Shown one piece after another: positions 33,417 to 46,723 of a stretch of 64,000 nt of DNA. The position numbers and the translations under genes are program-made. Below the pieces are notes generated by a model. It saw nothing but the letters and a program-made list of their open reading frames with translations, was not told the DNA's origin and searched no databases. The stretch spans positions 496,001 through 560,000 of the forward strand of contig AP026162.1 of NCBI GenBank assembly GCA_030295235.1, written 5' to 3'. Source of the DNA: Fistulifera solaris. Taxonomy: Eukaryota. Within the stretch, counting starts at the first letter, position 1, and every line of letters starts with the position of its first letter.

Positions 33417-35214
33417 GGCAATGCGCAAACACTCAAAACTATCTACAAGGCAACTTTCTTTTGAGCATGACAAAATGGTGGTGTCAACTGTTAATTTTCA
33501 GGCTGACTATGTTTAACATGAACATTGAGAGCAACAAAGTGTCGCGTTGTCGTCGTCTATCTTTTTGCGACGACTTGTCTACGTAGAGACCTACGTGTTT
33601 TTGTACCAGCAAAGTGGAGTCCCGGATAAATTTCAGTGAATATTTAGTCACGAACTTGAAAGAGGGTCCAGTCTGTCCGTGCATCCTCTACGACATTTTA
33701 CAACCGCACTGCGACATTAACCATCACTCGAGTACCGTTGTGAAGACTCTGGTACACTTCCGGCTTAGATTCGCCATGAGGCTACTTTCAAGAGGTAGTG
33801 TGTTTAAAACATGCTTTTCGGCCAAAAATGCAAGGGCTAGCACAGGATTTTTTCGACCCATTGCTTTTCATCATCATTTCGTGCCTTAAGCGACGTTTTG
33901 AGGGCAATTACCAATCTTCTTCTCAAATATCTTTTACATTTAAGATGGGAGATATCAAAGAAGAGAACCCGACGAAGAAGAAAATTGGGAATTCGTTTCA
34001 GTAAGGGTTTTCTCTATTTTTATGGGATGGATTTGCTTAGTGACGATTGTCGCCGCCGCGTAAATGCTAACCCACTCGACTGCAGAACAAGTAGGCGACG
34101 TCTTTCAAGCAAAGCTTTTCAAAGATGGGTCTGTTTGAAAGCTTTCAGACACCGAAATCGCGCATTTTGACCCAAGAAAACTATACCTCACCCGTCTTTC
34201 TGATGATGCTTTGGTTATGAAATAGTGCTCAATGGATATTTCCGCCAGAGTTCAGGGAAACGAGGCACGCCACGCAATAAATATTCCAGATTGTACAGGC
34301 CACGCTTTGCTGCTCAGACAAATGCTTCATACGTGACAAGTTTTCCGGGGGGAAATATAATGTTTTTTCCGTTGGATCAATGTAAACGACGATCATTGCA
34401 TGATGCTTCGCGAGAAATTCTTTAGGCAAAACCTGACATCAGTCAAATGCGCGTTTTCGGAAAATGGCTAAGTGCGACGCTGCTTGTGAATGCTAAGCGT
34501 TCATCCACGAACTTATACTAATTTTGCTACGAGTTACGTTGCGCATCACGTTTTTGCGGCAAATCTTTTTCAGCTTAAGCGGCAGTGCATCGACTGCTGT
34601 TAGTGAGCAAAGATGGGAATCACAAGTTTGATAATGTTCTTGCCGATGACGGTGACCAACAAGTACGCCGGTAACAAAGCTCGGAGGAATTTGTCGATTG
34701 GGATTCAGACATTACGACGCTTGAATGAATTGGATCCGCCAACATCACGCCAACATCACGAAAAGATTTCTTAGCAAAAGTGCATACAAGACGTCCGTCA
34801 TTGTCAATGACCATGACGCGTGGTAGTTCAGCGTTAGCGATCTTTCTTCATTCTCGAAAGCCACATACTCGGAGGGTCAATTTTAGAACCTGATTACGTT
34901 CTTTATGTGGCCTCTAAAGGTGTATAACTCTTGTTGTGTCGTGCCATGCAATGCCATGTACAGCTTACAAGTGCGTTTTTCGCTTTGCTTGCCGATGAGT
35001 ATATCCCACGTGCGTCATGTGAAAGCCAAAGGGTGATCATGTTGTATTCGTAGTGTCAATATTTCTCATCGATGACGGCAAAGATGCTGCACCTCGTTGG
35101 ACAAAATAATATTAAGAGGCCATGTCCACTCTAGAGAAAAGAATCTTGCATCTTACAAGTCAAACGCATCAAGTGAGCGGCGGGATCATTATTGAAAAAT
35201 GTCAGCCCCGAAAC

Positions 35215-36862
35215 TTAATCGACTACTGCTATAGTTTTAAATTTGCTGCAGCACTTTAATGAAAGAGTTCTATTTTTGGGCTTTCGTGTACTGACGAATG
35301 ATCGTTCTGCTTCTTCGCGCGTTGGTACATTGGAGCCTAGCTCCCATGCTATCCGAAGCCATGCAATCGAGACAAAACTGCTGAGTATTGAGGTTTCTTG
35401 TAAACCAATATTTCCCATTGATGATGTCAACGCAGATAGGACCAAAGACATTCTAAGGTAAACAATTTAGTAAGAAACCTGAGGGCAAAAGGTGCAGCGA
35501 CGTTGAGGGCATGCATACTTACAATGACTTCCCGAATCGGTAACCAAAGACACCGATCAGTTCCTTTCCTAAAAATCTGGATTCAAAATCCAGTGGAACA
35601 AAAAGCATTTCATCCAGCAGTCGTCGCACAGAATACTCCGTAACTTTCATCACCAAGAAAGATGCACTGACAATCGCCAGAGAAGGGTTCTTCTGCGTTG
35701 CTTGGAACGAAGTAAACAAGAACGTTAGAACAGGCATGGCACGCCAGAGATCCCGTGCTTCAATCGATTGAATCAAAGAAGGAAGCGCCCCAAACTGGAT
35801 GAACATTGTGAGCAAGTTGATTGCGGAGAAGAACACACCAACATATCCAGCACGCTTCGTGTCATTCGGTATAGCAGTGCTCAGGGCGGCCACAAAGCTG
35901 ATATTGAGAATTGTCGCCATGGCCTGACTCGCGAGTACTTCAAAGAATAGAAGACGGAGTAAAGGAACTCGTCCAAAGAGTGACACCATCTTTTCTATCG
36001 TTCCTACACCATGAGACGATTTGGACGGTGTCTTTGCTTTCGGGCGAGACGATTCGGTCGTATCTTTCGGTTCAAAGCCGTATTTTCTAGCCACATCATA
36101 CGCCGATGACGACAACAGTGAACTGATGATGAGAGTGACCGCCGTACCCATGAGTGCTCCTGACAAGCCCACACGTTGCACCACGGGCGTGACGAGAAAT
36201 CCTGAAAGAGCACTGGTCAAACTGGTGAGGCCCGCGATGGGACCAAACCATTTTTCAGACTGAGATGGATTTAAGATCGAAGCCATGAACGACCAGTACT
36301 GCGACGTCAACAACTGGACGTAGGCTTCCCGAAACACAAAAAGCGGAGCTGTAATAAATTTGACCAGTGGAATACCCCGATACATTATTTGAAAGTGATG
36401 ACAGTAGGCAATCAACACGGCCGACAATGCTATGGCCACGGAACAGAACGACGTCGTCTGTATCATGGTCCGTCGTGCACCATGTTTGTCCAATACATGG
36501 GTGTACCCCATCAGAAGCAACAGTGATAGCGGACTCACAAACGCCATGGCGAAAGGGAAGGCCCCTGCCACTCCAGCATACCCTGAGGAAGCCGACGTGA
36601 ACAATGCTACTGTAACAGGCCGGGCCAACGAGTATCCGAGATAATGAAATGACATGGCAATGGCCATAAACAGAACGGCTTTTCCTTCGGGCGTCAAACC
36701 GAACAGTCCCTTTTCTGGTGCTAATTGTGTATCGGAAGAAAAGGAAGATGCCAATTGTATTGCTGAAGACGCTACACCCAAAGCAGCTCCTCCTCGAGGG
36801 ATTGGTAATAGCTTCTGCATCGAAGGTATCGCAGAAATGACGTGAGAATGAGTTCGTAGCAT
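35215..36862 (-). CDS. Nucleotide transporter (NTT / TLC ATP-ADP transporter family)
   Basis: Multi-pass membrane protein with SQYWSF, KWFGPI, EYSVRR and ESRFLGKELIGVFGYRFGKS. Intron 35522-35453 joins the last exon MSLVLSALT. Confidence 0.78.
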
Positions 36863-37422
36863 TTATTTTACAAGCCGCGCGAGCTATTACGAGAAATTTA
36901 GGTTCTTCCCTAGTCTTTCACGTGAGAAACGTTGAGAAAAGGGTAGCGCAGTATGAGTCGAGAGGGAAATAACACACCAAGAAAGTTGGTTGTCAACGAT
37001 CCATCATTTTTTTTTTGCGAATGGCTTTGACTTGATGGCGCTGGCTTTGCTTGGTTGGTGGGAAAAAATTGAAAGTCAATAGTGGACGCAGAACACTCGA
37101 CCAGAATGTAGTTTCCTTTACCGTTCGGATGTAAGTACAAGTCGTACCAGATCCGTTCGTACGGCACACGTTGTGAACAAGACCTTGCAACTGGTACTCG
37201 ACACTCCAATGAATTGTAGGCACCAGCTGGACCGGCACTGATCCGTCAGCACCAAAAGATCGCGCGAACCGCGCCGCGATCTGGTTGAACCTTTCAGCTC
37301 GCGATCCAACTTCGGCTGCTCTGCTCGCCTTCGTTGTGTGCGTTTGTTCGAATGCACCTTGCTTTCCCTTTCGCGAAAAAAAGTCACTTTCCAGCGGAAT
37401 AATACGACGAATAATAACGACC

Positions 37423-38197
37423 ATGATGCGCAACACTGTCTTTGCTCTTTTGTTGGCGGGCGCTTCAGCCTTTGCCCCTGCTTCTATGGTATGTGGCAAC
37501 AAAGTAGCCGATTTATTGCATGACTTTTTGTATGACAATGCCCTTACCTTTTTTCCTCCTATTTTCTCTTGGTAGCAAGCACAACGCTCGGGATCCGTTG
37601 CGTTGAACGCCGAACAAATGTCCAAGTCGATTCCTTTCTTGGTCCGACCCGACAAGCTTGACGGATCTATGGCCGGAGATATGGGTTTCGACCCCATGCG
37701 TCTGTAAGTTGACAAACGTTTGTATTGTATTTGCTCTTATTATTTACTTTCTCTTATTCCTTTCCCTTCCATTTTCACTCTTTCTGATCAGTTCGGACAT
37801 CCAAACGGACTTGAAATACGCTCGCTGGTCGGAATTGAAGCACGGGCGCATCTGCATGCTCGCTGTGGTGGGAACCCTCGTACAACAGGCGGGTATTCAC
37901 TTCCCCGGAGAGGCCTACACCAACACGGATATCTACGGTGCTCCCAGCACGGTCGGATGGGCCCCCAACTTGCAAATCTTCTTGTTCATGTCGGCCTTGG
38001 AACTATCCACTTTCAACTTGCACTACAGTGAGAGTGAACCCGGTGACCTTGGCTTGGACGGTGGCTTGTTGGCCAAGTTGACCCCGGAACAGGTCAAAAC
38101 CCGCAAAGAAAGTGAAATCGTGCACTGCCGCCTTGCCATGATTGCCTTTGTCGGTCAAACCGTTCACACTCTTTTGTTCGGTAGCGCAATTCCCTAA
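37423..38197 (+). CDS. Light-harvesting fucoxanthin-chlorophyll a/c protein, Lhcr-like
   Basis: ASAFAP plastid leader with [27 protein letters not shown] and [11 protein letters not shown]. Introns 37489-37575 and 37704-37791. Confidence 0.95.
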
Positions 38198-38359
38198 ATT
38201 CTCGCTTTAATCTAGCTGATTTTTTGGCGAGTCATGTTTATTGCAACGAACGAATAGTCTAGTAGAACTTGTGTTTGTTGGCGTCTACATTCTTTTGCTT
38301 TTGTAGGTACATCATGTGGTGTTTATATTGTTAGAGTTTCTTATTGTTTTAGGCTAATC

Positions 38360-39688
38360 CTACTCTTGCAACAAGTTCGGAGACGATTCGTTGGATCGGG
38401 CGATAGCAAAATGACTGAGCAACGCCGCTGCCGTTTGTGTTTCAGCTCCGGGTCGGCAAGTCACAGAATGGTTGCTAGTATGACTGATTTGCGAACCATA
38501 AAAAAGCAGTGACGGATGCACGGACGTAGACGATTCGTGATGTGAATGCTGCGATTGGGAGTTTTCCTTTTCCATGTCCGACAGATCATCCCTGGTTTGG
38601 CTATGATGCTTCGCCGAAAGGTTTAGTGAACTTGAATCTAAAGGTAACTGTGCATGAATGGCTTGATGTAAGAGTGCGATACCCGAGTCATGTTCTTGTT
38701 CGCGCTTACGTTCATGCGCTTCCGTTTCGTCTTCGCTTCGTGTCGAAGGATGCCGTTGATCCGATGCGGGCGACGAAGATGATTCCTTCCGTTCAACTTT
38801 ATCGACCTCCATTTACACGTTTCTTTCTTCCTCAAATGTCACGTTCTTATCAGAAACTGTATCACTGGAAGGACTTTCACTCGAAGAAGCAACAGTAGTT
38901 TTCTGAACTTCTCGAACGCTGAGTGCCGAAGGCTCTTCAATATTATTCAAAACACCCTTTTGTACACCATTCAGCATCGATGGCTTGTCACTTGTTTCCT
39001 GCGAGTCATTATCCACTTCTTTCCGCAATGTATTGGGAAAGAGGCGATGACAATACTCTGTCATCGAACACCATTGCGTCGAATTCTCTTCCGTGATCTG
39101 CTGCGTCACCATTGCCGCAATGCGTTGACTGAGTTCCAATTGCAGCTCCGACAATTTGCTTTTCGCTTCCGCCAGCTCTTTCATGCCCGTAATATCGGCG
39201 AACTGTTCGGCTGTAGAAGCGTTCATTTCCGCGAATTGTTGCAACGAGAACGCTGCTTGCTCGAGTTCCAGTAAAATCGCATGATTCATTTCGGCCGAAA
39301 CGTGCTGTTGAAGGCTCTGATACGAGTTGCGCTGTAACAGCGGTACCAGTGATCGTGTCAAGGGATGATCTTTACCGCAAATGGATTGTTCGAATTCAAG
39401 GTACTGTAGCTTTTGTCGAAAAGCTGCTTCGGCGGTGGCGATGAGGGCATCCATATCTTGCGCACAATAATGTACTTGCAAAAACGCTTGCGCTTCGGCT
39501 CGACTGAGGAGTGGCTTTGTTTTTGTGATAGTGTGCGGTTGGTATTGAAAGATGACCGCGAGAGGAACATTCAAGAGACTGGCAACGGGGCCGTCTCGTG
39601 CAGCATTGTTGACGATTGTCGACGGCGATGAGTCGTCCAAATGATTTTGACGTTGTCGCTTGGCGGGCGGGCTCGTTGTCTCTTCCAT
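38360..39688 (-). CDS. Hypothetical protein, interrupted by an in-frame TAA at 38813-38815
   Basis: 291-aa ORF (NLS-like PPAKRQR, coiled coil) followed immediately, in the same frame, by a 150-aa ORF of similar composition. Confidence 0.5.
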
Positions 39689-39982
39689 GGTTCTATAAAT
39701 TACTGAAAGTGATCTCCAAAAAGAATTTTTGAGTCAGAACGATGGCAATGATGAGAATTTGAAAGCCTTCTTGCTTTAATTGTAACACACGACGTTGGAT
39801 GGATGTTTCAAAGTGCTGCGTTAACATTGCGACCAAGGATATTCCGTAAGTAACCGTGATGCTACGACATGCTTTTGATCTTTAAATAGATAAACGAATA
39901 CCGTACCGATTTCTTAGGTTGACACATACCACGTACATCCTACTGTTATTGCTCTTTGCGTACATCATCATCATTAATACCA

Positions 39983-40782
39983 ATGTCAACAAGACTTTGT
40001 CCAACATCGCTTATGCGAGCGATCAAACAATAATCTACCTTGATTAATCTGTGAAACATGAAAAAGTAAAAAGATACAACGCTTCGAATGTCTACAAGTA
40101 GTTTACGTAGCCGCCGTAGGAAATTTATCTCTGCAGGGGTACCCGGATGTTGTGTTTTTCTCCATCCACCAAATCTTGGATCTTTAGTGCCCAGATGTCA
40201 ATGTTATCATGAAAACCGTATTGGCTTCGAATCAGAAACCAATGATTGGCGTCGATTTGAAAACAAAATGATGATCGAACGAATGATGCAACGCTTCGAA
40301 TGTCTACGGAATTTTACGTAGCTCTCGTAGGAAATTTATCGACAGAGGGGAAACCCGGACATTGTGTATTTCGATCACACCATTTTTCGCGTCTTCTAAA
40401 CACCCATGTCAACAAGACTTTGTCCAACATCGCTTATGCGAGCGATCAAACAATAATCTACCTTGATTAATCTGTGAAACATGAAACAGTAAAAAGATAC
40501 AACGCTTCGAATGTCTACAAGTAGTTTACGTAGCCGCCGTAGGAAATTTATCTCTGCAGGGATACCCGGATGTTGTGTTTTTCTCCATCCACCAAATCTT
40601 GGATCTTTAGTGCCCAGATGTCAATGTTATCATGAAAACCGTATTGGCTTCGAATCAGAAACCAATGATTGGCGTCGATTTGAAAACAAAATGATGATCG
40701 AACGAATGATGCAACGCTTCGAATGTCTACGGAGTTTTACGTAGCTCTCGTGGGGAAATTTATCGACAGAGGGTAACCCGGA
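39983..40782. repeat. 423-bp tandem duplication built from two divergent ~212-bp monomers
   Basis: Near-identical copies offset by 423 bp. Shared core CAACGCTTCGAATGTCTAC at 40077, 40289, 40500 and 40712. Confidence 0.95.
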
Positions 40783-41076
40783 AACCAGAGCATGCGCACC
40801 GTCGTTTTTTACATCATTCATATTCGAGCATACCTTGTACTCAAGCCTACTTCTTATTATCTTATCTCACATTCTTACCATTAGACTACATCCTTTCAGT
40901 GAGGTTTTTGCATAGGTGCCATTTGCCGTACCTGCCAGCCGTCACAACTGCCATCTTCCTCAGCTGCCATCACACGTAACCGCCCTTAAAAAAAAGCTTC
41001 TTGTTGACAATCTAAACAACGGGGAAAGGAACAATAGTTTGACCATTTGCATTTCAAACTTAACACAGAATGGAAG

Positions 41077-42570
41077 ATGAAAGTAGGATATGGGTGGATA
41101 CTTTTGTTTAGCGCCGCTCGAGCCTTTTGGATTCCTCCCACACGCCACACTTCTCCGCACCGATTAATATCGCTTATTTCTGGCAGTGTCAGCGGCACCT
41201 CCGTATTTGCGAACAATGCCGGGGTCTATGTACATATTCCATTCTGTCGAAGACGTTGTCGGTATTGTGACTTTGCCATTGTTCCGGTCGGCAGTGAAGA
41301 TCGTACCGGCTTTGCGCACCTCAATGATCAGTATACAACAGCCCTACTGCACGAGATCACGCATCATCCATCAGCCAACCTTAATCACACCATTACGTCC
41401 ATTTACTTTGGCGGCGGGACACCGAGTTTGGCGCCGATTTCGACGCTGCGAGCCATTTTTGAGAAACTGTATGAGCAATTTCATGTTGCTCCCGATTGTG
41501 AAATAACGATCGAGATGGATCCCGGTACATTTGATTTCGCCAAAGCTACGGCACTGCGCGACATGGGATTTAACCGAATTTCCCTGGGAGTTCAGTCGTT
41601 TAATGATACCATTCTAGAATCACTGGGTCGCATTCATCGAAAAATCGATGTCATGAATGCATTGCAAATTCTACAAAAAGTGTGGGGCGATGATTTAAAC
41701 TATTCGATGGATCTGATCTCTGGTCTTCCAGGATTATCGGTGGCTGAATGGGTCAATACATTGGAGAATGTAATACATTTACAACCAAGGCCGAACCATT
41801 TGAGTTTGTATGATTTGCAAGTCGAACCGGTAAGTGCATTCAACGATAAGTGAAATAAGTGCAAAGTGAATGCAATTGATATGGTGGGTATGTTCTAATA
41901 AATGGTTAAACAGGGCACTGTGCTCGGTCGATGGTACAGTGACTCGATAACCAAATCAACATCATCATCATCATCATCATCCCTGGTAACGACGCTGTCA
42001 CTTCCCTCCGACGAAGAAGCTTCTTTCATGTACAAATACGCTTCTGGATATCTTCGCTATTATGGCTATGAACACTATGAAGTGTCATCTTACGCTACAC
42101 CCGGACATCAAAGTCAGCACAATCAAGTATACTGGGCTGTGGATGGAGAATGGTACGCTTTTGGACTAGGAGCAACGAGTCATGTGAAGGGTCAACTAGT
42201 AGCTCGACCGCGCACCATGGCGGACTACCTGAAATGGGTTTATGAACCGGCAGTATCGTTACCATCGCCGACTAGCTGGCAGGATCGTCTTTTGGACATC
42301 GTATTGAAACGTCTTCGTACGAAAGAAGGGCTTTCTTTGCCATGGATTGGTGAAACATTCGGTTCTAATTATCAGAATGCCATTCGGAGAGGAGCTGAAT
42401 TAGGTGTCGACCTTGCATTGGCGCACCTAGATGAGGAACATGGCATTTTGACGCTGACCGATCCGCATGGTCTCTTATTCTCCAACTCAATCATTTCGAC
42501 TATTTTCGCGGAGTTGGAGAACTTGCCCGAATGGAGCACTGTGAAGGAAAATCAAAAGACTGCCGTATGA
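41077..42570 (+). CDS. hemW: Radical SAM heme chaperone HemW/RSAD1-like (HemN family), probably plastid-targeted
   Basis: YVHIPFCRRRCRYCDF, YFGGGTPS, RISLGVQSF, HYEVSSY and HNQVYW (HNxxYW). Leader ARA-FW. Intron 41830-41913. Confidence 0.85.
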
Positions 42571-43461
42571 TTGATCCCGTCATTTTGTTGAGGTGTAATC
42601 AGGAGGTACACACTGCTGGTTACTCGCGAACTACCCTTTTGATAGTTTGATCTGGGTGACGTGCGATCTCGCTTTTCTTGCTGTCTGCGCGACATAGGCT
42701 TCTATTGTTTGATGTTCATTCCTTAGCTTCAGTAGCTAGAAGTCACGACCGTACAAGGAAGATGTCGATACTTGCAGCATCGCGGATTGAAATACACGCA
42801 GCAAAACTACTGGTAATTTAGAACCTGAGGTTCGTCTTGTTGGGCGATGTGTTGAAGAGGTGAAGCGGTGTCCGGTCGACAGCAACCGCTATGGGTCGTT
42901 TCTCAATTGATTGCTTCGCGTGTTTCTCTGTTGCTCTGTATGCTAACGAGGTGAGGCCATCGGAAAAAGCCGGCAACTTATTATTTTCTCTTGGTAGATG
43001 ATTAATTGGGCTACCGACAGAACGGCAATATTGGTATCCTTCGGTACCACTTTTATGATTATCATGCTTCGATGTGAATTTATTGATAAGCCCATGTAAA
43101 GTCGTAAGGTAGGGATAATATCGTCGGAAGAGCTGTCTATTTAACAAAAAAAAGTTCTTTGGAATGAATTTGGGTCAATGAACTCAATCATTATATAAAT
43201 TATTTACTCTCCATCATTGCTGCCTTGAACACTAGACCACTCGCGGGACTGATTTACTGTTGAGTCGTACGATGTTGTCTCTACACTATACAGTACCAGG
43301 TAATAAGGTCGTTGCGTTATCGTCGTCTTCCAAACTAACCCGTAACCTTATTGTTGCCTTTTTTCTCCCCTTTGCAGTCGCCGCAACAAAAACGCATCAA
43401 TCATTATTTTTTCTTTTGTCTTCGATAGCATCATCTTAAATGCATTCACAATGATTTACAA

Positions 43462-44813
43462 ATGGAACCAACCAATCTTCGTCAGCACTTTCTCATTCAG
43501 AAACACCCAGCTCACAACAGATCCGTGTTAAAGGCAGATTTGGGTCCGTCATTTTATGAAAACGAAGCCGTCGGCGCTGACGACTCGTCGTCGTCATGTC
43601 AAGTGTGTCGAACGAATCGAGCACGTTATGCATGTCCGCGCTGTTCGCTCCCGTACTGTTCTGTAACATGCTTTCAAGTGCATAGCACCGATGAGGCGTC
43701 GACATGTGCAGAAGCATTTTATCGAGAACGCGTGCACCAAGTCTTAAATCTCGACATTAAAGCGAAAAAGGAACAAACGCAAGAAATCATTCAGCGCGTG
43801 CACGTGCAACAACAGAACACGTTACCGCCGTCGGGAGTTGCGCCGTGCGGTATACCCGAAGATCAGTTGTACGAACTGCTAGTCGCTCTCGAAAATAAGG
43901 ATGAAGGAATGATACAGCAATTGTTGCGCTCGAATCGGCCGCTTCGATTGGCAGTGACACGGGGATTGCAACACGACAATTTACACGAATGGCTTTTAGA
44001 TCCTTGGGTACCCTGGTGGATGCCGCAGTTCGGTCCGGATGATGAAGTGAATGATGATGATCCGGATTGTATCAGGGGAACATCGGTGGATGAGTACATT
44101 GTGTCTCTTTCGCCACTCTCGAGCCTACGATCGGGTCCTACGGCCGATCTCCGATACAATGTATTGGAAGTAATTTACGCCACGGCTTGGACACTCCGCT
44201 TATATTATGGACCCAACAACGCCCAAGAGCTTGCTGAACAAGCCGTCGAAACGTTGTTAGCCGCCTCATCCGTGTTGTCGCAAAACATGTCATTCGAATC
44301 ATTGGAAGCTGTCTTGACGCATTGCGCTACAACATCAACGCATGCGCTTACGGTCAATGAGTGCAACGCATCATGGACCGACTTGATGAATGATTTGGTG
44401 CACATTTGCGCAAATCAACGCTTTGTTTTGAAATGCTTTTTGGAAGCGAAGTCTATTATCAAAAAGGCGCTAACACATGAGAAAGAACAGGAGAACGACA
44501 AGCGCAATAGTCATAGCCACACGGGAAAGAAAAGTATGCTACGAAGGATAAGCAAAAGATTGATTTTTATGCTTCATGGTGCAAGGCACCTTCGCATCAC
44601 ATGGGTGCTTTAGGCGATGCCATTCGCGCGTGGGCCGAACAATGGTCTCCTGATGAAACATCATCGCTCACTCCCGACGTACTTCGCTTGACGAAGAAAC
44701 AATTTTATACTTCCCAATTAAATCATGTGGATCCGGTTCGTTTCCGTGACAGCGACGATGAATCTTTGTTTCTACGGGAAAATGTCAGTCCTGAGAGAGC
44801 TAGTAAAGAATAG
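43462..44813 (+). CDS. Zinc finger HIT domain protein, ZNHIT2-like
   Basis: CQVC...YACPRCSLPYCSVTCFQVH...CAEAFY and WVPWW motifs. One missing A near 44555 restores KKIDFYASW. Confidence 0.75.
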
Positions 44814-44963
44814 AAATTCTGTTTTGTTTGAAGAAAGCTGAATGCTAACCTATTCTAATAGAATCATTCGCAGCAAATCTTCCGTGAATTAAGCTGCTGC
44901 TAAAGTATTAGGATTGCTAGATTAGAAGTATAAAGCGGGGGAGATGAAAATAGATATCGACGT

Positions 44964-46080
44964 TTAGGGAAAGTCGGGGAATACCTTGAAGTGAACGAAC
45001 TTGACCAAGATGTAGAGAGTAGCCCAAAGAAAGAGATATTTCCCTACAAAGGTGTCGAGAGCGTAGATGGCTTGTTGAATTGCCTAAATAGCGAAGCGAA
45101 CGACAATGCAGTGAGTGAATGTGAGAAAGGAAGCAGATGCAATAGTTGAAATCGGGTAACCGGCAAGTACTTACACCCACAACTTGACCAAAGAATTTTG
45201 TTACGCCACTCACAATCAGAACTACCACCTTGACGAAATTTAAATCACTCTTGACAAACTTTTCTTCCTCTTCCTTTGGAGGACCAATGACACGTGTTTT
45301 AAATTGACCGATACCAATATCCAAGGTCACAGGCTTGCCGGTAGCTCGATCGTACACAAAGCCGCCCAGAGTCCGAGTCGGAAGTCCAATTAAAAAGTCC
45401 ACATACGTCGCAATAACGCTGACAATCTTGGTGGATCCGATTAAAATGAAACTCGTGGCAGCGGCAAAGATAGTCCCCGCCAGGAATGTTTCAACCGTTT
45501 CGTGGACGGGCAAAATCCAGTTGAAACCATTCTTTTCAATAAAGGGACCGATGGCTTCTTCAAAGAATGATTCAACCACACAAATTTCGAGACGCACTCG
45601 TAAGAGACCCCCGGAAATCAAAGGAGCATATTCAATGAAATTGTCCTTCCCCACAATGGACAAGACCGAGGATTGCAACAGACGGTAAATGATATCCGAC
45701 GTCGGACACACGGGTTGAAACTCTTGTGGCGTCATGGTGCCCAAGTCGGTTTTCGCCATGACGTCCGTCGACGCGACCGTTAACGCGGTGGCAGCGGTAG
45801 CGGCTGCCGTGGTCAGACGCGAAAAGTGAGACACGATCTTGTCCTCATCATTGTCATATCGATCTAGAACAGTTTCGTGGTCGACATCGAGTATAGTGTC
45901 AGATTTGACTGTTCTATCTTTCGTGAGAGTTCTTCTTGCACAGAGAGGTCGTAGTGATGCTCGTTGACGAGCGTTATTCGTCAGCACTCTCTCATGACAC
46001 TGACGCAATACGGGTTGGAAAGCTGTGACGATAGAAGAGCCGACCAGAGCAAGTACCAGGTAGCGGATTGAAAACATCAT
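44964..46080 (-). CDS. Hypothetical plastid-targeted membrane protein
   Basis: Leader VTA-FQP and several hydrophobic segments. Intron 45174-45084 gives a C-terminus ending VHFKVFPDFP. Confidence 0.7.
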
Positions 46081-46261
46081 TTACTCCTTTCACTCGTTAA
46101 ATTCCTGGGGCCACTATTAGGTTCTATACGACAAGTAATTGCTACAAGATGCGTCTAATCGCGACAACTTGTGATGAACTATAAGCTTATTGTGTTGCAA
46201 CAAGCCAAGGGAACGAGCAATAATGAGGCGTCATCAGTCATCATTGCTTTCTTTCATTTTT

Positions 46262-46600
46262 GCCTTACTATCGCCTTGCAAAATGTCACGGATTTTACTT
46301 AACAAAGCGAGTGGAATTTTTACAAATTATATTTAACCATTCAAAACCACTCCTTTACTATGGTTGATGGTGTAGACAGTAATCCATAAGGGGAAGCAAC
46401 TTTTATTCAATAGATTAAGGATATCTGAGTTAAAAGTTGAATAACCTTAATAAGATCGGTCGATCAAAGTGTCATATTATGGATTTCCGACTACACAATT
46501 GAGGATACTCGTGAAAAGGTTTTGATTTGATAAGTACAATCCATCATAAATTATGTCGTTGTATTAAGTAAATTCCGTGGTTTTTCGCAAGGCAGTAAGG
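46262..46600. mobile_element. Fold-back/MITE-like element, copy 1
   Basis: Inverted repeats CACGGATTTTACTTAA / TTAAGTAAATTCCGTG, inner GTGTAGAC..CCATAA / TTATGG..CTACAC and a central ATTAAGG..ATAACCTTAAT. Collinear with 53730-54064. Confidence 0.65.
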
Positions 46601-46723
46601 AAGAAAAGGAAAAACGAAGCAAAATTTCGACCATGACATAAAAAAAATAATAATCCGATCGATCATGGCATCGGTGATACTTGTATTAATTCATCTCTTA
46701 ACATTGACACTTCTATCATCACC

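Noticed and set aside
33600..35200. Hidden gene or element in a 1.6-kb gap
   Set aside because: Only short ORFs without recognisable motifs, and no terminal repeats found by eye. BLASTX or RNA-seq would be needed.
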